A DNA stretch of 64,000 nucleotides, taken from contig CAWIIB010000001.1 in NCBI GenBank assembly GCA_963836075.1, positions 1,216,001 to 1,280,000 on the forward strand, read 5' to 3'. This DNA comes from an uncultured Acidobacteriota bacterium (GTDB lineage: Bacteria; Acidobacteriota; JAQAZP01). The translations under genes were made by a program, and so were the position numbers. Within the stretch, counting starts at the first letter, position 1, and the number at the start of each line of letters is the position of its first letter. The notes beneath the pieces were generated by a model, which saw only the letters and a list, made by a program, of their open reading frames with translations, was not told the origin of the DNA and made no database searches. Positions 38,795 to 48,172 of this stretch are shown piece after piece.

Positions 38795-40672
38795 TCAGGG
38801 ACCATACCCTTCCACAGTGCAACTGTCGCTGTCGGTGTAGCCCGCCGGCGGATAGGGCGGCCGGTTGTAGGGATATGGCGTGACGTCCTGGGCTTGCAGG
38901 GTGAAGGTATTCAGCCCCACCAGCGTACCGAGGGCCGGCAGGTTCTGCATCCAGGAACTGGTGAACATCGCCTCCGGACCGATGTTGGTGAAGCCGGCCC
39001 GCCAGGAGGGAAAGACCGTCCCGTTGGCCAGCCGGGCCTCCAGTCGGCCGGCCATGCGGCGGGACTGCCCGTCGTAGTGATTGAGCAGCGAGGCCGTGAT
39101 CAGGGTGCCGAAGGGCAGGGTGCCGGCGGCAGGTTCGCAGGTCAATATACAGCTCACCGTGACCGGGTTCTGGTAGTCGCTGAGCAGAAGATAGCCCTGG
39201 CCCGATTTCGATCCCCCTTCATTGTCTAACGGTGCCCCGATCAGGAAGTCGTCGAAACCGTTGCCGTCCACGTCGCCCGCCCCGGCCACGGCATACCCGG
39301 AATAGCCCCCCCACCGCTCGCCATGGAATGACGCATCGGCGAGAGAGAGACCGGTGTCCATGGCCCAGCCGGCGGCCCGGCCCAGGATCAGGTAGGTCTG
39401 CCCGGCATCGCTGCTCCCCTCGTCGCTGCCGGAAGCCCCGATGAGAAAATCGTCGAACCCGTCACCGTTGACGTCACCGGTTCCGGCCACGGTACCGGCC
39501 CAATCATCTGCAGCTTCCCCGAGAAACGAGGCATCAGCGGCCGAGAGACTGACGTCGGTTTCCCAGCCCGCAGCCCGGCCCCGGACGAGGTATGCCTGCC
39601 CGGCACCATCACCGGCCTCGTCGTTGCCGGAAACACCGATGAGGAAATCGTCGAACCCGTCACCATTGACATCACCGGTTCCGGCCAGGCTTCCACCCGA
39701 TTGATCGGCAGCATGCTCTCCCAGCCAGGAGGCGTCGGCATGGGAGAGGGAGAGGTTAAAACTCCAGCCCGAGGCCCGGCCCAGGATGAGATAGGTCTGG
39801 CCCACATCCGCACTGCCCGGGATATTCCTCCCCCGGGCGCCGACGAGAAAATCGTCGTACCCGTCACCGTTGACGTCCCCGGCCCCGGCCAGGCCAGAGC
39901 CCGAATAGTCGTTCGGCGCTTCGCCGCGAAGCGAGGCATCGGCGGCGGAGAGGGGTGTGTCCATGGCCCAGCCTGTTTCCTTGCCAAAAATGATGTAGGT
40001 CATACCGGCTAAGGAAGGGCCAATGGAACCGATGATGATGTCGTCATATCCGTCACTGTTCACGTCACCGGCCCCGGTGGCGGACAGCCCCGAGCGGTCG
40101 CCGGCATTTTCACCGAGAAACGAGGCATCAACGCTGGAAAGGGGCTTGTCCATCACCCAGCCATCCGGACGGCCCAGGATAAGGTAGGTCTGCCCCGCGC
40201 TGTCGCCGGCTTCATCGTTTTGCTGGACCGCGATGAGAAAATCGTCATACCCGTCGCCGTTCACATCGCCGGCCCCCGCCCGGCGCAGGGATCGGCCCGA
40301 CGAGTCGGCCGGGGCCTCCCCGATAAACGAAGCGTCGGCGCTGCTGATCAGCGTGTCCCTGGCCCAGCCGTCCGGCCTGCCGAGGATGAGGTAGGTCTGC
40401 CCGGCACTGCTGCCGCCCTCGGAATTGCCGTAGCTGCCGATGAGGAAATCGTCATACCCGTCGCCGTTCACGTCACCCACACCGGCCAGTGATTGCCCCA
40501 GATAGTCACCCTGGTCTTCGCCCCAGAAGGAGGCATCGGAGATCCCCAGACTCGTGTCGCTCACCCAGTCGGCCAAGGTGACTGCGGACACAGCCAGGCA
40601 GAGAACCAGTGACAGGCCAAAACCGGTCAGGCGCCTGAGCCGTAGAGATCTGCAAGGTGTGCGAATCATCAT
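38795..40672 (-). CDS. Secreted FG-GAP/integrin-alpha repeat protein with a C-terminal two-Cys domain
   Basis: AGGAGGGAG RBS; signal peptide; about 7 repeats of GAGDVNGDGYDDFLIG..AGQTYLILGR; distinct 120-aa C-terminal domain. Confidence 0.88.
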   Translation of the reverse strand: MMIRTPCRSLRLRRLTGFGLSLVLCLAVSAVTLADWVSDTSLGISDASFWGEDQGDYLGQSLAGVGDVNGDGYDDFLIGSYGNSEGGSSAGQTYLILGRPDGWARDTLISSADASFIGEAPADSSGRSLRRAGAGDVNGDGYDDFLIAVQQNDEAGDSAGQTYLILGRPDGWVMDKPLSSVDASFLGENAGDRSGLSATGAGDVNSDGYDDIIIGSIGPSLAGMTYIIFGKETGWAMDTPLSAADASLRGEAPNDYSGSGLAGAGDVNGDGYDDFLVGARGRNIPGSADVGQTYLILGRASGWSFNLSLSHADASWLGEHAADQSGGSLAGTGDVNGDGFDDFLIGVSGNDEAGDGAGQAYLVRGRAAGWETDVSLSAADASFLGEAADDWAGTVAGTGDVNGDGFDDFLIGASGSDEGSSDAGQTYLILGRAAGWAMDTGLSLADASFHGERWGGYSGYAVAGAGDVDGNGFDDFLIGAPLDNEGGSKSGQGYLLLSDYQNPVTVSCILTCEPAAGTLPFGTLITASLLNHYDGQSRRMAGRLEARLANGTVFPSWRAGFTNIGPEAMFTSSWMQNLPALGTLVGLNTFTLQAQDVTPYPYNRPPYPPAGYTDSDSCTVEGYGP

Positions 40673-41001
40673 CCATCTCCCTCCTGTCCGACTGCCGGAC
40701 ACTCGATGAGTATTAACTATGTTGTAAGTTAATCCCTGACGGTTGTCAAGTTCGGCCAAATCCCGTCACAGGATGAAAGTGACCTCCGGGGCAAACAAGT
40801 GGAGAGGGAGTTGCTGGATTGATCCAAAACACCGGTTATTTCCAGCCCCCCTCGATCACCGCGGCGAGGGTCTGGAAATAGAGATTCAACCGGTGGCCGA
40901 ACCGGCCGGGATCGGACTCCAGGCCATCGAACTCAGCCTTGATCAGGTCCACCAGCAGTTCCCTGGTTGGCACGTTTTCCTTTGCCGCACAGCCCAGGGG
41001 G

Positions 41002-42279
41002 TCAAGGTTTCGCGGCGGCCCGCAGCAGGGCTTCGATTTCATCCGAATCGGCGTAGTCAAGGGCGGTCTTGCCTTCGTCGTTCTCGATGGCGGGGTCGGC
41101 GCCATATTCGAGGAGCAGCTCGACCATGGCTTTGCTGCTCTTGGCGGCCGCGTTCATCAGGGCCGTCACACGGTCCCCTTCCGTGATCACCGCGTTTACG
41201 TCGGCGCCGTTGTCCAGCAGCCAGCGAACGATATCCAGGTCCTCGTTTCGGGCAGCGAGAAACAACAGCGTGGTCCCGTCGTCGGCACGGGCCAGGGGGT
41301 CTGTACCGGATTCAGCCAGCCTCAAGGCGACGTCGTGGTGTTCCTGTTTGATGGCCCGGAACATCGGCACACGGCCGAAATGGTCACGCGCATTGACATC
41401 GGCGCCGTTGGCCAACAACAGGTCCACGATCTCGAGATTTCCCTGCTCGGCCGCCAGATGCAGCGGTGTGAGCTGCAGGGTCATGTTGACGTCGTCTCCC
41501 TGCTCGATCAGGGACTTGACCACCGCAACGGTCCCGTGTTCCGCAGCCGTCACCAGGTTCCAATCGTCACCACCACTGAAGGACGACAGATGGAACAGCA
41601 GGATGTACAGTATCGTCATGAGTGTCATGACAATCATGTAGCCGCCCATCCCGAGGACGTACGCGGCGACTGTTTTGAGCACGGTGAGGACCCGGCCTCC
41701 TAAAAAACGTGTGGAAGCATAGCTGAAGTAGGCCAGGGTCACCGGAATGCCGAGGATCGCCGGATGGAGGGAGAACAACGTTGACAGGGGAAGAAGCACA
41801 ACGCCGAACAGCGCTGTATGACCAACGGTGTACAGGGCAAAAACGGCCATCTCGGCCAGGTTGAATCCTGTCCGGCGAAAAAAGAGGCGGAGCATCACGG
41901 CAAAGGGGATCAGGATACCCAGCGACGTGTAGAGCATGTTTTTGAACAACAGCCGCATGAGGTCCGACATGATGGCCACCTGGGCCGGACTCAGCTCGGG
42001 ATTGTCGGTCGTGCCAGCGATCATCGACTCCTGGAAGCCCACGCTGGTCTGGATCAGCACGCTGATCGCGGTGGCCACCAGCAGGTAGGCGAAGGGGTTG
42101 GCGTAGAGCAGCCGTTCGCCTTCGATATAGCGCCGAATCATCTCTCCCGGTTCGGTGAACAGCTCCTTGAACGTGCGCAGCCACCCGTTCTCCAGGCTGA
42201 AGAAGCGGGTCAGCACATCGTGCATGATCTGCCGGAGGGTCAGCCGCTGTCCGTGTGTGTTCTTTTCCAGATCAGGCAT
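41002..42279 (-). CDS. DUF3667-like membrane protein fused to ankyrin repeats
   Basis: TFKELFTEPG..YIEGER.LYANPF plus TM helices; TPLHLAAEQGNLEIVDLLLANGADVN repeats. Confidence 0.85.
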   Translation of the reverse strand: MPDLEKNTHGQRLTLRQIMHDVLTRFFSLENGWLRTFKELFTEPGEMIRRYIEGERLLYANPFAYLLVATAISVLIQTSVGFQESMIAGTTDNPELSPAQVAIMSDLMRLLFKNMLYTSLGILIPFAVMLRLFFRRTGFNLAEMAVFALYTVGHTALFGVVLLPLSTLFSLHPAILGIPVTLAYFSYASTRFLGGRVLTVLKTVAAYVLGMGGYMIVMTLMTILYILLFHLSSFSGGDDWNLVTAAEHGTVAVVKSLIEQGDDVNMTLQLTPLHLAAEQGNLEIVDLLLANGADVNARDHFGRVPMFRAIKQEHHDVALRLAESGTDPLARADDGTTLLFLAARNEDLDIVRWLLDNGADVNAVITEGDRVTALMNAAAKSSKAMVELLLEYGADPAIENDEGKTALDYADSDEIEALLRAAAKP

Positions 42280-42360
42280 ATTTGAACCGATGGATAGTGT
42301 TCAGCCGTTTTCGTCTCGTATCAAACAGATACGAATACCGGCCGCCGCTGATTCGTCCGA

Positions 42361-43719
42361 TCAGCGAATGATAGTGCTTTTGTTTTCACCTGTCATCAGG
42401 GCAACCGTCTCGGTGATCGAGAAAGCGGAGAACCCGTAGAGAACGAAGGATACCGGGATGCGCATCCTGGCCGAGGCCACCACCAGCGAGACCAGCAGCA
42501 CGTATGACAGCACGGCCAGGAGCAGGGCCCCGAATCCTCGTTCTTCCAGCTTCAGCCAGCGGCGCACCCCGTCGAGGAAGAAGAGCAGCACCACAATGTT
42601 GAACATCAACTGCACGATCACCAGCGTTGTCTCGGCTGGTCCGGCGCGGCCCAGAGACCCGGCCACGCCGGCGGCATCCCGCCGGCCGTCGGAGATGGTC
42701 CGTACCGTGTCCTCACCACCGGCGGCCCCCAGCAGTTTCAGCAGGTTCCTTCGTTCCCCGGCCAGTCCCATCTCGAAGAAGGAAAAGAGCGCTTCGGTCA
42801 CTGTCTGCCCCGGATAGTGCGTGAATACCGCCACCGCCTGGCCCAGGAACCAGCTGTTCAGTGCCGGGATGTCCCGGAGTGGCGCCTCGTCCACCGCCTG
42901 TTCCACCAGCTGCTCCTCGGCCTGCCAGCGGGGGATCTCCGTGGAGCGGGACAGCACCTTGGCCGCGGCCACGCGGTAGAGGTTGTAGTGGAACGCGCTG
43001 CTCAGGGAGAAGCTGCCGCAGACGGCGTGATTCCGCACAGCCCAGGCGGCGGGGAAGATCAGGGCCGCGAGGCAGAACAGCGCCACCTGGCTTCGGCCGG
43101 TCTTGCGGACCAGCAGCCAGACGGCCACCACCACGAACAGCCACGCCCCCAGCGGGCGCACCGCGGCGGAGAGGGCCAGGACCAGCCCTGATGCGGGCAG
43201 CAGACAGAACTGTTGGCGGCCCCGGTAGGCCAGCAACATCAGAAAAGCGGTCAGCACCAGCGCGGCAAAGAGGATGTCCGACATCACCATGTTGGCATAG
43301 ACTGCGTGTCCGGTGTCGGCGGCCAGCAGAAGGCCGCACAGCAGACCGGCCCGGGGGGAGAAGACTCGTCCGGCAATCCAGGCCCCGCCGGCGGCCAGCA
43401 CCGAGCCGAGGATGATCTGCAGCAGAATCAGCAGGGTATGGCCGCCGCCGGGCAGGGCGGTGCAGAGAAGAACGAACAGCGGGTAACCCGGTGTCCGGAA
43501 GACCTCCGGCTGCACCGGGTTCTCCAGCGAGAATCCGCCCCCCCGGGAAAACCGTCCTTGCTCAGCCAGGTGTTGCGCCAGTCCGAGATAGACTCCGGAA
43601 TCGGGCGTGGAGATGCGGCTGAGTTTGAACTGGTGCCCGGCACAGAGCAGGAGACGGATCAGCAGCGCCGCAATGAAGACGGCGAGCAGCGCCTTGCTGG
43701 ATAACCGGGAGTCGCTCAT
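42361..43719 (-). CDS. GT-C fold membrane glycosyltransferase (ArnT/PMT-like, GT39-like)
   Basis: DSGVYLGLA, FRTPGYPLF, MSDILF, VRP, WAVRN, ARMRIP; polytopic. Confidence 0.75.
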   Translation of the reverse strand: MSDSRLSSKALLAVFIAALLIRLLLCAGHQFKLSRISTPDSGVYLGLAQHLAEQGRFSRGGGFSLENPVQPEVFRTPGYPLFVLLCTALPGGGHTLLILLQIILGSVLAAGGAWIAGRVFSPRAGLLCGLLLAADTGHAVYANMVMSDILFAALVLTAFLMLLAYRGRQQFCLLPASGLVLALSAAVRPLGAWLFVVVAVWLLVRKTGRSQVALFCLAALIFPAAWAVRNHAVCGSFSLSSAFHYNLYRVAAAKVLSRSTEIPRWQAEEQLVEQAVDEAPLRDIPALNSWFLGQAVAVFTHYPGQTVTEALFSFFEMGLAGERRNLLKLLGAAGGEDTVRTISDGRRDAAGVAGSLGRAGPAETTLVIVQLMFNIVVLLFFLDGVRRWLKLEERGFGALLLAVLSYVLLVSLVVASARMRIPVSFVLYGFSAFSITETVALMTGENKSTIIR

Positions 43720-43735
43720 GGAGATTCCCCGGAGA

Positions 43736-45754
43736 TTATCCGCGGACCAGTTTGCGGCCCTGGTGGGCCACCGCCTCGGCGGTGATCCCGAAATGCTTGA
43801 ACAGCTCACCCGCTGGGGCGCTGGTCCCGAACCCGTCCATCCCCACCGCGGCACCATCGAGGCCCACGTAACGCTCCCAGCCGATACGGCTTCCGGCCTC
43901 CACCGAGACCCGGGCGCGCACTGCGGACGGGAACAGTTTGTCCCGGTAGGCCTGGTCCTGCTTCTCGAACAGTTCCCAACTGGGCATGGAGACCACCCGC
44001 ACGGCGATCCCCTCCCCGGCCAGGGTCTGCCCCGCCTCCAGGGCCAGGCCGGTCTCGGAGCCGGTGCCGATGAGGATCAGTTCCGGCAGACCCTCCGACG
44101 ACTCCCAGAGCATGTAGGCCCCGCGACGGACACCCGAGGCCGGCCGGCAGACCCGGCGGTCGATCACCGGCACCTTCTGCCGGGTGAAGATCAGCACCGT
44201 GGGGCCGGTGGTGTTCTCCAGCGCCAGGCGCCAGGCTTCAGGCGTCTCGGTGGCGTCGGCCGGGCGGATCACGGTCATGTTGGGCACCGAACGAAGGTTC
44301 ATCAGCTGTTCGATGGGCTGGTGGGTGGGGCCGTCCTCCCCCACGCCGATGCTGTCGTGGGTGAAGACGTAGATCACCCGGATGCCCATCAGGGCGGCCA
44401 GCCGCATCGGCGGCCGCATGTAGTCGGAGAAGGCGAGGAAGGTGGCGGTGTAGGGAATCACCCCGCCGTGCAGCGCCATCCCGTTGGCGATGGCGCCCAT
44501 GGCATGCTCCCGCACGCCGAAGTGCAGGTTGTGACCGACGAACTGCCGCCAGCCGAAATCCCCGGCCCCCTCGATGGTGGTCTTGGTGCTGGGCGACAGG
44601 TCGGCCGAACCGCCGATCAGCGCATGGACCGACAACGCCAGGTTGCGCAGCACGGTTCCCGAAGCGATGCGCGTGGCCATCGGCTCGCTGTCCGGTGGAA
44701 AGAGGTCATCGAGACCGCCGTCCCAACCCCGGGCCAGTTCGCCCAGCAGCAGCGCATCCAGTTGGGCCGCGTCCTCGGGGAAATCGTCGCGGTAGCTCTG
44801 CAGCCGCTGGTTCCACTCCGTTTCCCCTTCCCGGCCCCGCTCCAGCGCCAGGCCCATGTGTTCACGGACGTCATCGGGCACCAGGAATTCAGGCTCGGTG
44901 GGCCACCCCAGGTTTTCCTTGGCCCAGCGCACTTCCTCCTCACCCAGCGGCTCGCCGTGCACCCGGGCCGTCCCGCCGCGGCGGCTGCCGAATCCGATCA
45001 CCGTCTCGCAAATCACCAGCGAGGGCCGCATCTCGTCTCTCTTCGCTTCCTCGATGGCCGCTTCCACGGCGTCGGCATCGTGCCCGTTCACCGGCCCCAC
45101 CACCTGCCAGCCGTAAGCCCGGAACCGCCGGGCCACGTTCTCGCGGAAGGTAATGTCGATGGACCCCTCGATCTGGATGTGGTTGTCGTCGTAGACCGCG
45201 ATCAGCTTGCCCAGGCCCAGGGTCCCGGCGAGGCTGCCCGCCTCGGATGTGATCCCCTCCTGCATCGCCCCGTCGGAAACGATGGCGTAGGTGAAGTGGT
45301 CGATGATCGGGTTGCCCGGCCGGTTGTAGTGCGCGGCCAGCCAGCGCTCCACGATGGCCATGCCCACCGCGTGGGCAATGCCCTGGCCCAGCGGCCCGGT
45401 GGTCATCTCCACCCCCGGGGTCAGCCCGTACTCCGGGTGACCCGGCGTGCGGCTGCCCAGCTGGCGGAACTTCTTCAGCTCGGACAAAGACAGGTCGTAG
45501 CCGGTGAGGTGCAGCATGGCGTACAGCATCATCGAGGCGTGGCCCGGGGAGAGGACGAAGCGGTCACGGTCCGCCCAGTGGGGATTGGCCGGGTTGTGCT
45601 TGAGAAAGCGTTCAAAAAGGACGTAGGCCAGTGTGGCCGCGCCCATGGGCGTGCCGGGATGGCCGGAGTTCGCTTTCTGGATCGCGTCCACCGCCAGAAA
45701 GCGGATGGTGTTGACGCAGTCGTCGATCAGTTTGGCCCTGTTCTTGGAGTCCAT
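43736..45754 (-). CDS. tkt: Transketolase
   Basis: ANSGHPG, DRDRFVLSPGH, TTGPLGQG, GGSADL, FGVREHAM, THDSIGVGEDGPTHQP. Confidence 0.97.
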   Translation of the reverse strand: MDSKNRAKLIDDCVNTIRFLAVDAIQKANSGHPGTPMGAATLAYVLFERFLKHNPANPHWADRDRFVLSPGHASMMLYAMLHLTGYDLSLSELKKFRQLGSRTPGHPEYGLTPGVEMTTGPLGQGIAHAVGMAIVERWLAAHYNRPGNPIIDHFTYAIVSDGAMQEGITSEAGSLAGTLGLGKLIAVYDDNHIQIEGSIDITFRENVARRFRAYGWQVVGPVNGHDADAVEAAIEEAKRDEMRPSLVICETVIGFGSRRGGTARVHGEPLGEEEVRWAKENLGWPTEPEFLVPDDVREHMGLALERGREGETEWNQRLQSYRDDFPEDAAQLDALLLGELARGWDGGLDDLFPPDSEPMATRIASGTVLRNLALSVHALIGGSADLSPSTKTTIEGAGDFGWRQFVGHNLHFGVREHAMGAIANGMALHGGVIPYTATFLAFSDYMRPPMRLAALMGIRVIYVFTHDSIGVGEDGPTHQPIEQLMNLRSVPNMTVIRPADATETPEAWRLALENTTGPTVLIFTRQKVPVIDRRVCRPASGVRRGAYMLWESSEGLPELILIGTGSETGLALEAGQTLAGEGIAVRVVSMPSWELFEKQDQAYRDKLFPSAVRARVSVEAGSRIGWERYVGLDGAAVGMDGFGTSAPAGELFKHFGITAEAVAHQGRKLVRG

Positions 45755-45979
45755 CGGTGCTGATTCCTCGTTATTCCCGTACAGATCTGCTGTCGGACGG
45801 CGGGCCTTTGTGGCCGCGATCGCCCGGGCCCAGGGGGAAAAGATATGATGTCACGATTTGTCCGCTGTGTAAATTCCAGCGGTTCATTACCCTTCTGCGG
45901 CCTTGCACCGGACCGGCCGATCAACTAGATTCACTTTTCGGATGCCACAGAAATGATTGACCGTCAGAGGTTCAGGGAC

Positions 45980-47245
45980 ATGAATTCAGACACGAACCCG
46001 GCAAAAAGCAGCCGTGTTCTGCACGTGCTGAGCCAGCGCCCGTCGCTCACCGGCAGCGGTATCACTCTCGACGCCCTGGTCCGCCTGGCCGGTGAGGCGG
46101 GCTGGGAACAGCGGGCGGTTGTGGGCGTTCCCGCCGGGGGGCCGCCACCTGAGGTTGGCGGTCTTCCCCGCCAGTGGATCCACCCCCTCACCTTTGCCGG
46201 TCCCGACGACACCTGCCCCACGCAGCTCCCCTTTCCCGTGCCCGGGATGAGCGATGTGATGCCCTACCTCAGCAGCCGCTGGTCCCGTCTCAGCGAAGAA
46301 CAGGTGGATGACTACTGCCGGGCCTGGCGTGAGTATTTGACCGGCATCATCGCGGATTTCCGCCCCCACGTGATCCACGCCCACCACGCCTGGATGGTCA
46401 GTTCACTGCTCAAGGGACTGGCCCCGGACACGCCGGTGGCGGTGCACTGCCACGGCACCGGACTGCGGCAGATGGTCCTCTGCCCGCACCTGGCCGACCC
46501 GGTTCGAGAGGGGTGCAGGACGATTGATCGCTTCATGGTCCTGCACCGGCAGCACGCGAATGACTATGCCAGCGCTCTGAATCTGGAGGCGAACCGCATT
46601 ACCGTGGTGGGCGCAGGGTATGGGGAGGAACTGTTCCACCCCCGGGGCCGGAAGGACGCCGGAGCCCCCGCACTGCTCTACGCCGGCAAGCTGAGCCGGG
46701 CCAAGGGCCTGCCCTGGCTGCTGGACGCGGTGCAGTCCCTGACCGCGGAGATTCCGGAACTGACCCTGCACGTGGCCGGCGGCGGTGACGGCGTCGAGGC
46801 CGACGACCTGCGGCAACGGATCGAGCGGATGGCCCCGCTGGTGACATTTCACGGGCGGTTGGACCAGCAGGCCCTGGCCGAGCTGATGCGCCGCTCGTCC
46901 CTCTTCGTGCTTCCCTCGTTCTACGAGGGACTGCCCCTGGTGCTGGTGGAGGCGCTGGCCAGCGGCTGCCGGCTTGTTTCCACGGCCCTGCCCGGTGTGG
47001 TGGAGGAACTGGGCCCGCGGATGGGCCGGCACCTCGAGCTGGTGCCCCTGCCCCGGTTGCGGGGGGCTGACGAGCCTCGGGAAGAGGACCTGCCGGCCTT
47101 CACCGCCGCCCTGGCCGGTGCCATCCGGGATTCCCTCAGAGCGGGCAGGGAGCATGACCCGGCAGTCACGGATGAACTGGAGACATTTACCTGGAGGGCC
47201 GTTTTTGACCGGGTGGAACGGGCCTGGATGGAAATGACCGGTTGA
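45980..47245 (+). CDS. Glycosyltransferase family 4
   Basis: VIHAHH, YAGKL..AKG, FVLPSFYEGLPLVLVEALASG. Confidence 0.9.
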   Translation: MNSDTNPAKSSRVLHVLSQRPSLTGSGITLDALVRLAGEAGWEQRAVVGVPAGGPPPEVGGLPRQWIHPLTFAGPDDTCPTQLPFPVPGMSDVMPYLSSRWSRLSEEQVDDYCRAWREYLTGIIADFRPHVIHAHHAWMVSSLLKGLAPDTPVAVHCHGTGLRQMVLCPHLADPVREGCRTIDRFMVLHRQHANDYASALNLEANRITVVGAGYGEELFHPRGRKDAGAPALLYAGKLSRAKGLPWLLDAVQSLTAEIPELTLHVAGGGDGVEADDLRQRIERMAPLVTFHGRLDQQALAELMRRSSLFVLPSFYEGLPLVLVEALASGCRLVSTALPGVVEELGPRMGRHLELVPLPRLRGADEPREEDLPAFTAALAGAIRDSLRAGREHDPAVTDELETFTWRAVFDRVERAWMEMTG

Positions 47246-47302
47246 AGGGCCGTCCCCTGCCCCATATACTCGTTGCCGAACTCAAACCAAACGGAGTGAC
47301 CA

Positions 47303-47725
47303 ATGAAAATCAGCAAGTACATGTCCACTCGGCTGATCACCACCACGCCGAACACCACGGTGAGGGACGCTTTCCTGACCATGAAAGCCAACCGCGTGCG
47401 GCACCTCCCGGTGGTGGAGGGCGACACCCTGGTGGGCATCATCAGCGACCGTGACCTCCGGCGCCCCAGGTGGGTGGATGCCATGGACGACTGGACGTCC
47501 TATTACCAGATCAGCGACGACACCACGGTGGAGTCGGTGATGACCAGCAACCCCGAAGTGGTGCACACCTACGAGCGGATTTTCCGGGCGGTGGAGATTT
47601 TCCGCGAACAGCGCTACGGCGCCCTGCCGGTGCTGGACAAAAACGAGGATCTGGCCGGCATCATCTCGCCCCACGACCTGCTGGGCGCCCTGGAGGAACT
47701 GCTGGAAAAGACACGGGAGAAGTGA
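47303..47725 (+). CDS. CBS domain pair protein
   Basis: RHLPVV..LVGIISDRD; ALPVLD..LAGIIS..D. Confidence 0.92.
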   Translation: MKISKYMSTRLITTTPNTTVRDAFLTMKANRVRHLPVVEGDTLVGIISDRDLRRPRWVDAMDDWTSYYQISDDTTVESVMTSNPEVVHTYERIFRAVEIFREQRYGALPVLDKNEDLAGIISPHDLLGALEELLEKTREK

Positions 47726-47726
47726 G

Positions 47727-48158
47727 ATGGATGCACGGGGTGACCACATCCTGAGCCTGGTCCGCCTCGACGCCGGGGAACGGATAATCGAGACCTTGAA
47801 CCGCTACCTGGCCGGACCGGGACGGTCCATCCGCTCCGGCTTTCTCAGCGGGATCGGCGCTGCCGCCAACTGCGAGATCGGCTACTACGACCTCGATTCC
47901 GGCAAGTACCTCACCCGGGTCATCGAGCAGAGCTGCGAAATCACCGCCCTCACCGGCAACATCACCCGCATCGACGACGAACCGCTGATCCACGCCCACA
48001 TCACCCTCGCCGGCCCCGACTTCACCGTCCTCGGCGGCCACCTGGTGGAGGGAACCATCAGTGTCACCGGCGAGATCTGGATTCACGGGGCGCCGCTGGA
48101 GTTAACCCGCCGGCCCGGGGACTTTCCCGGACTGAAACTGATCCGTTTCACCGACTGA
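47727..48158 (+). CDS. PPC/DUF296 domain protein
   Basis: RLDAGE, SGIGA, EITALTGNI, HAHITL, GGHL. Confidence 0.9.
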   Translation: MDARGDHILSLVRLDAGERIIETLNRYLAGPGRSIRSGFLSGIGAAANCEIGYYDLDSGKYLTRVIEQSCEITALTGNITRIDDEPLIHAHITLAGPDFTVLGGHLVEGTISVTGEIWIHGAPLELTRRPGDFPGLKLIRFTD

Positions 48159-48172
48159 TCCCGGAGGAAGAG

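Noticed and set aside
39200-40500. Recurring ~30-bp DNA repeats resembling a CRISPR array or DGR template
   Set aside because: They are in-frame FG-GAP coding repeats, degenerate and about 190 bp apart; no cas or reverse transcriptase gene is present.
40836-41105. 89-aa minus-strand ORF after the ankyrin gene
   Set aside because: Overlaps the ankyrin gene 3' end in another frame with no clear RBS; at most a remnant.
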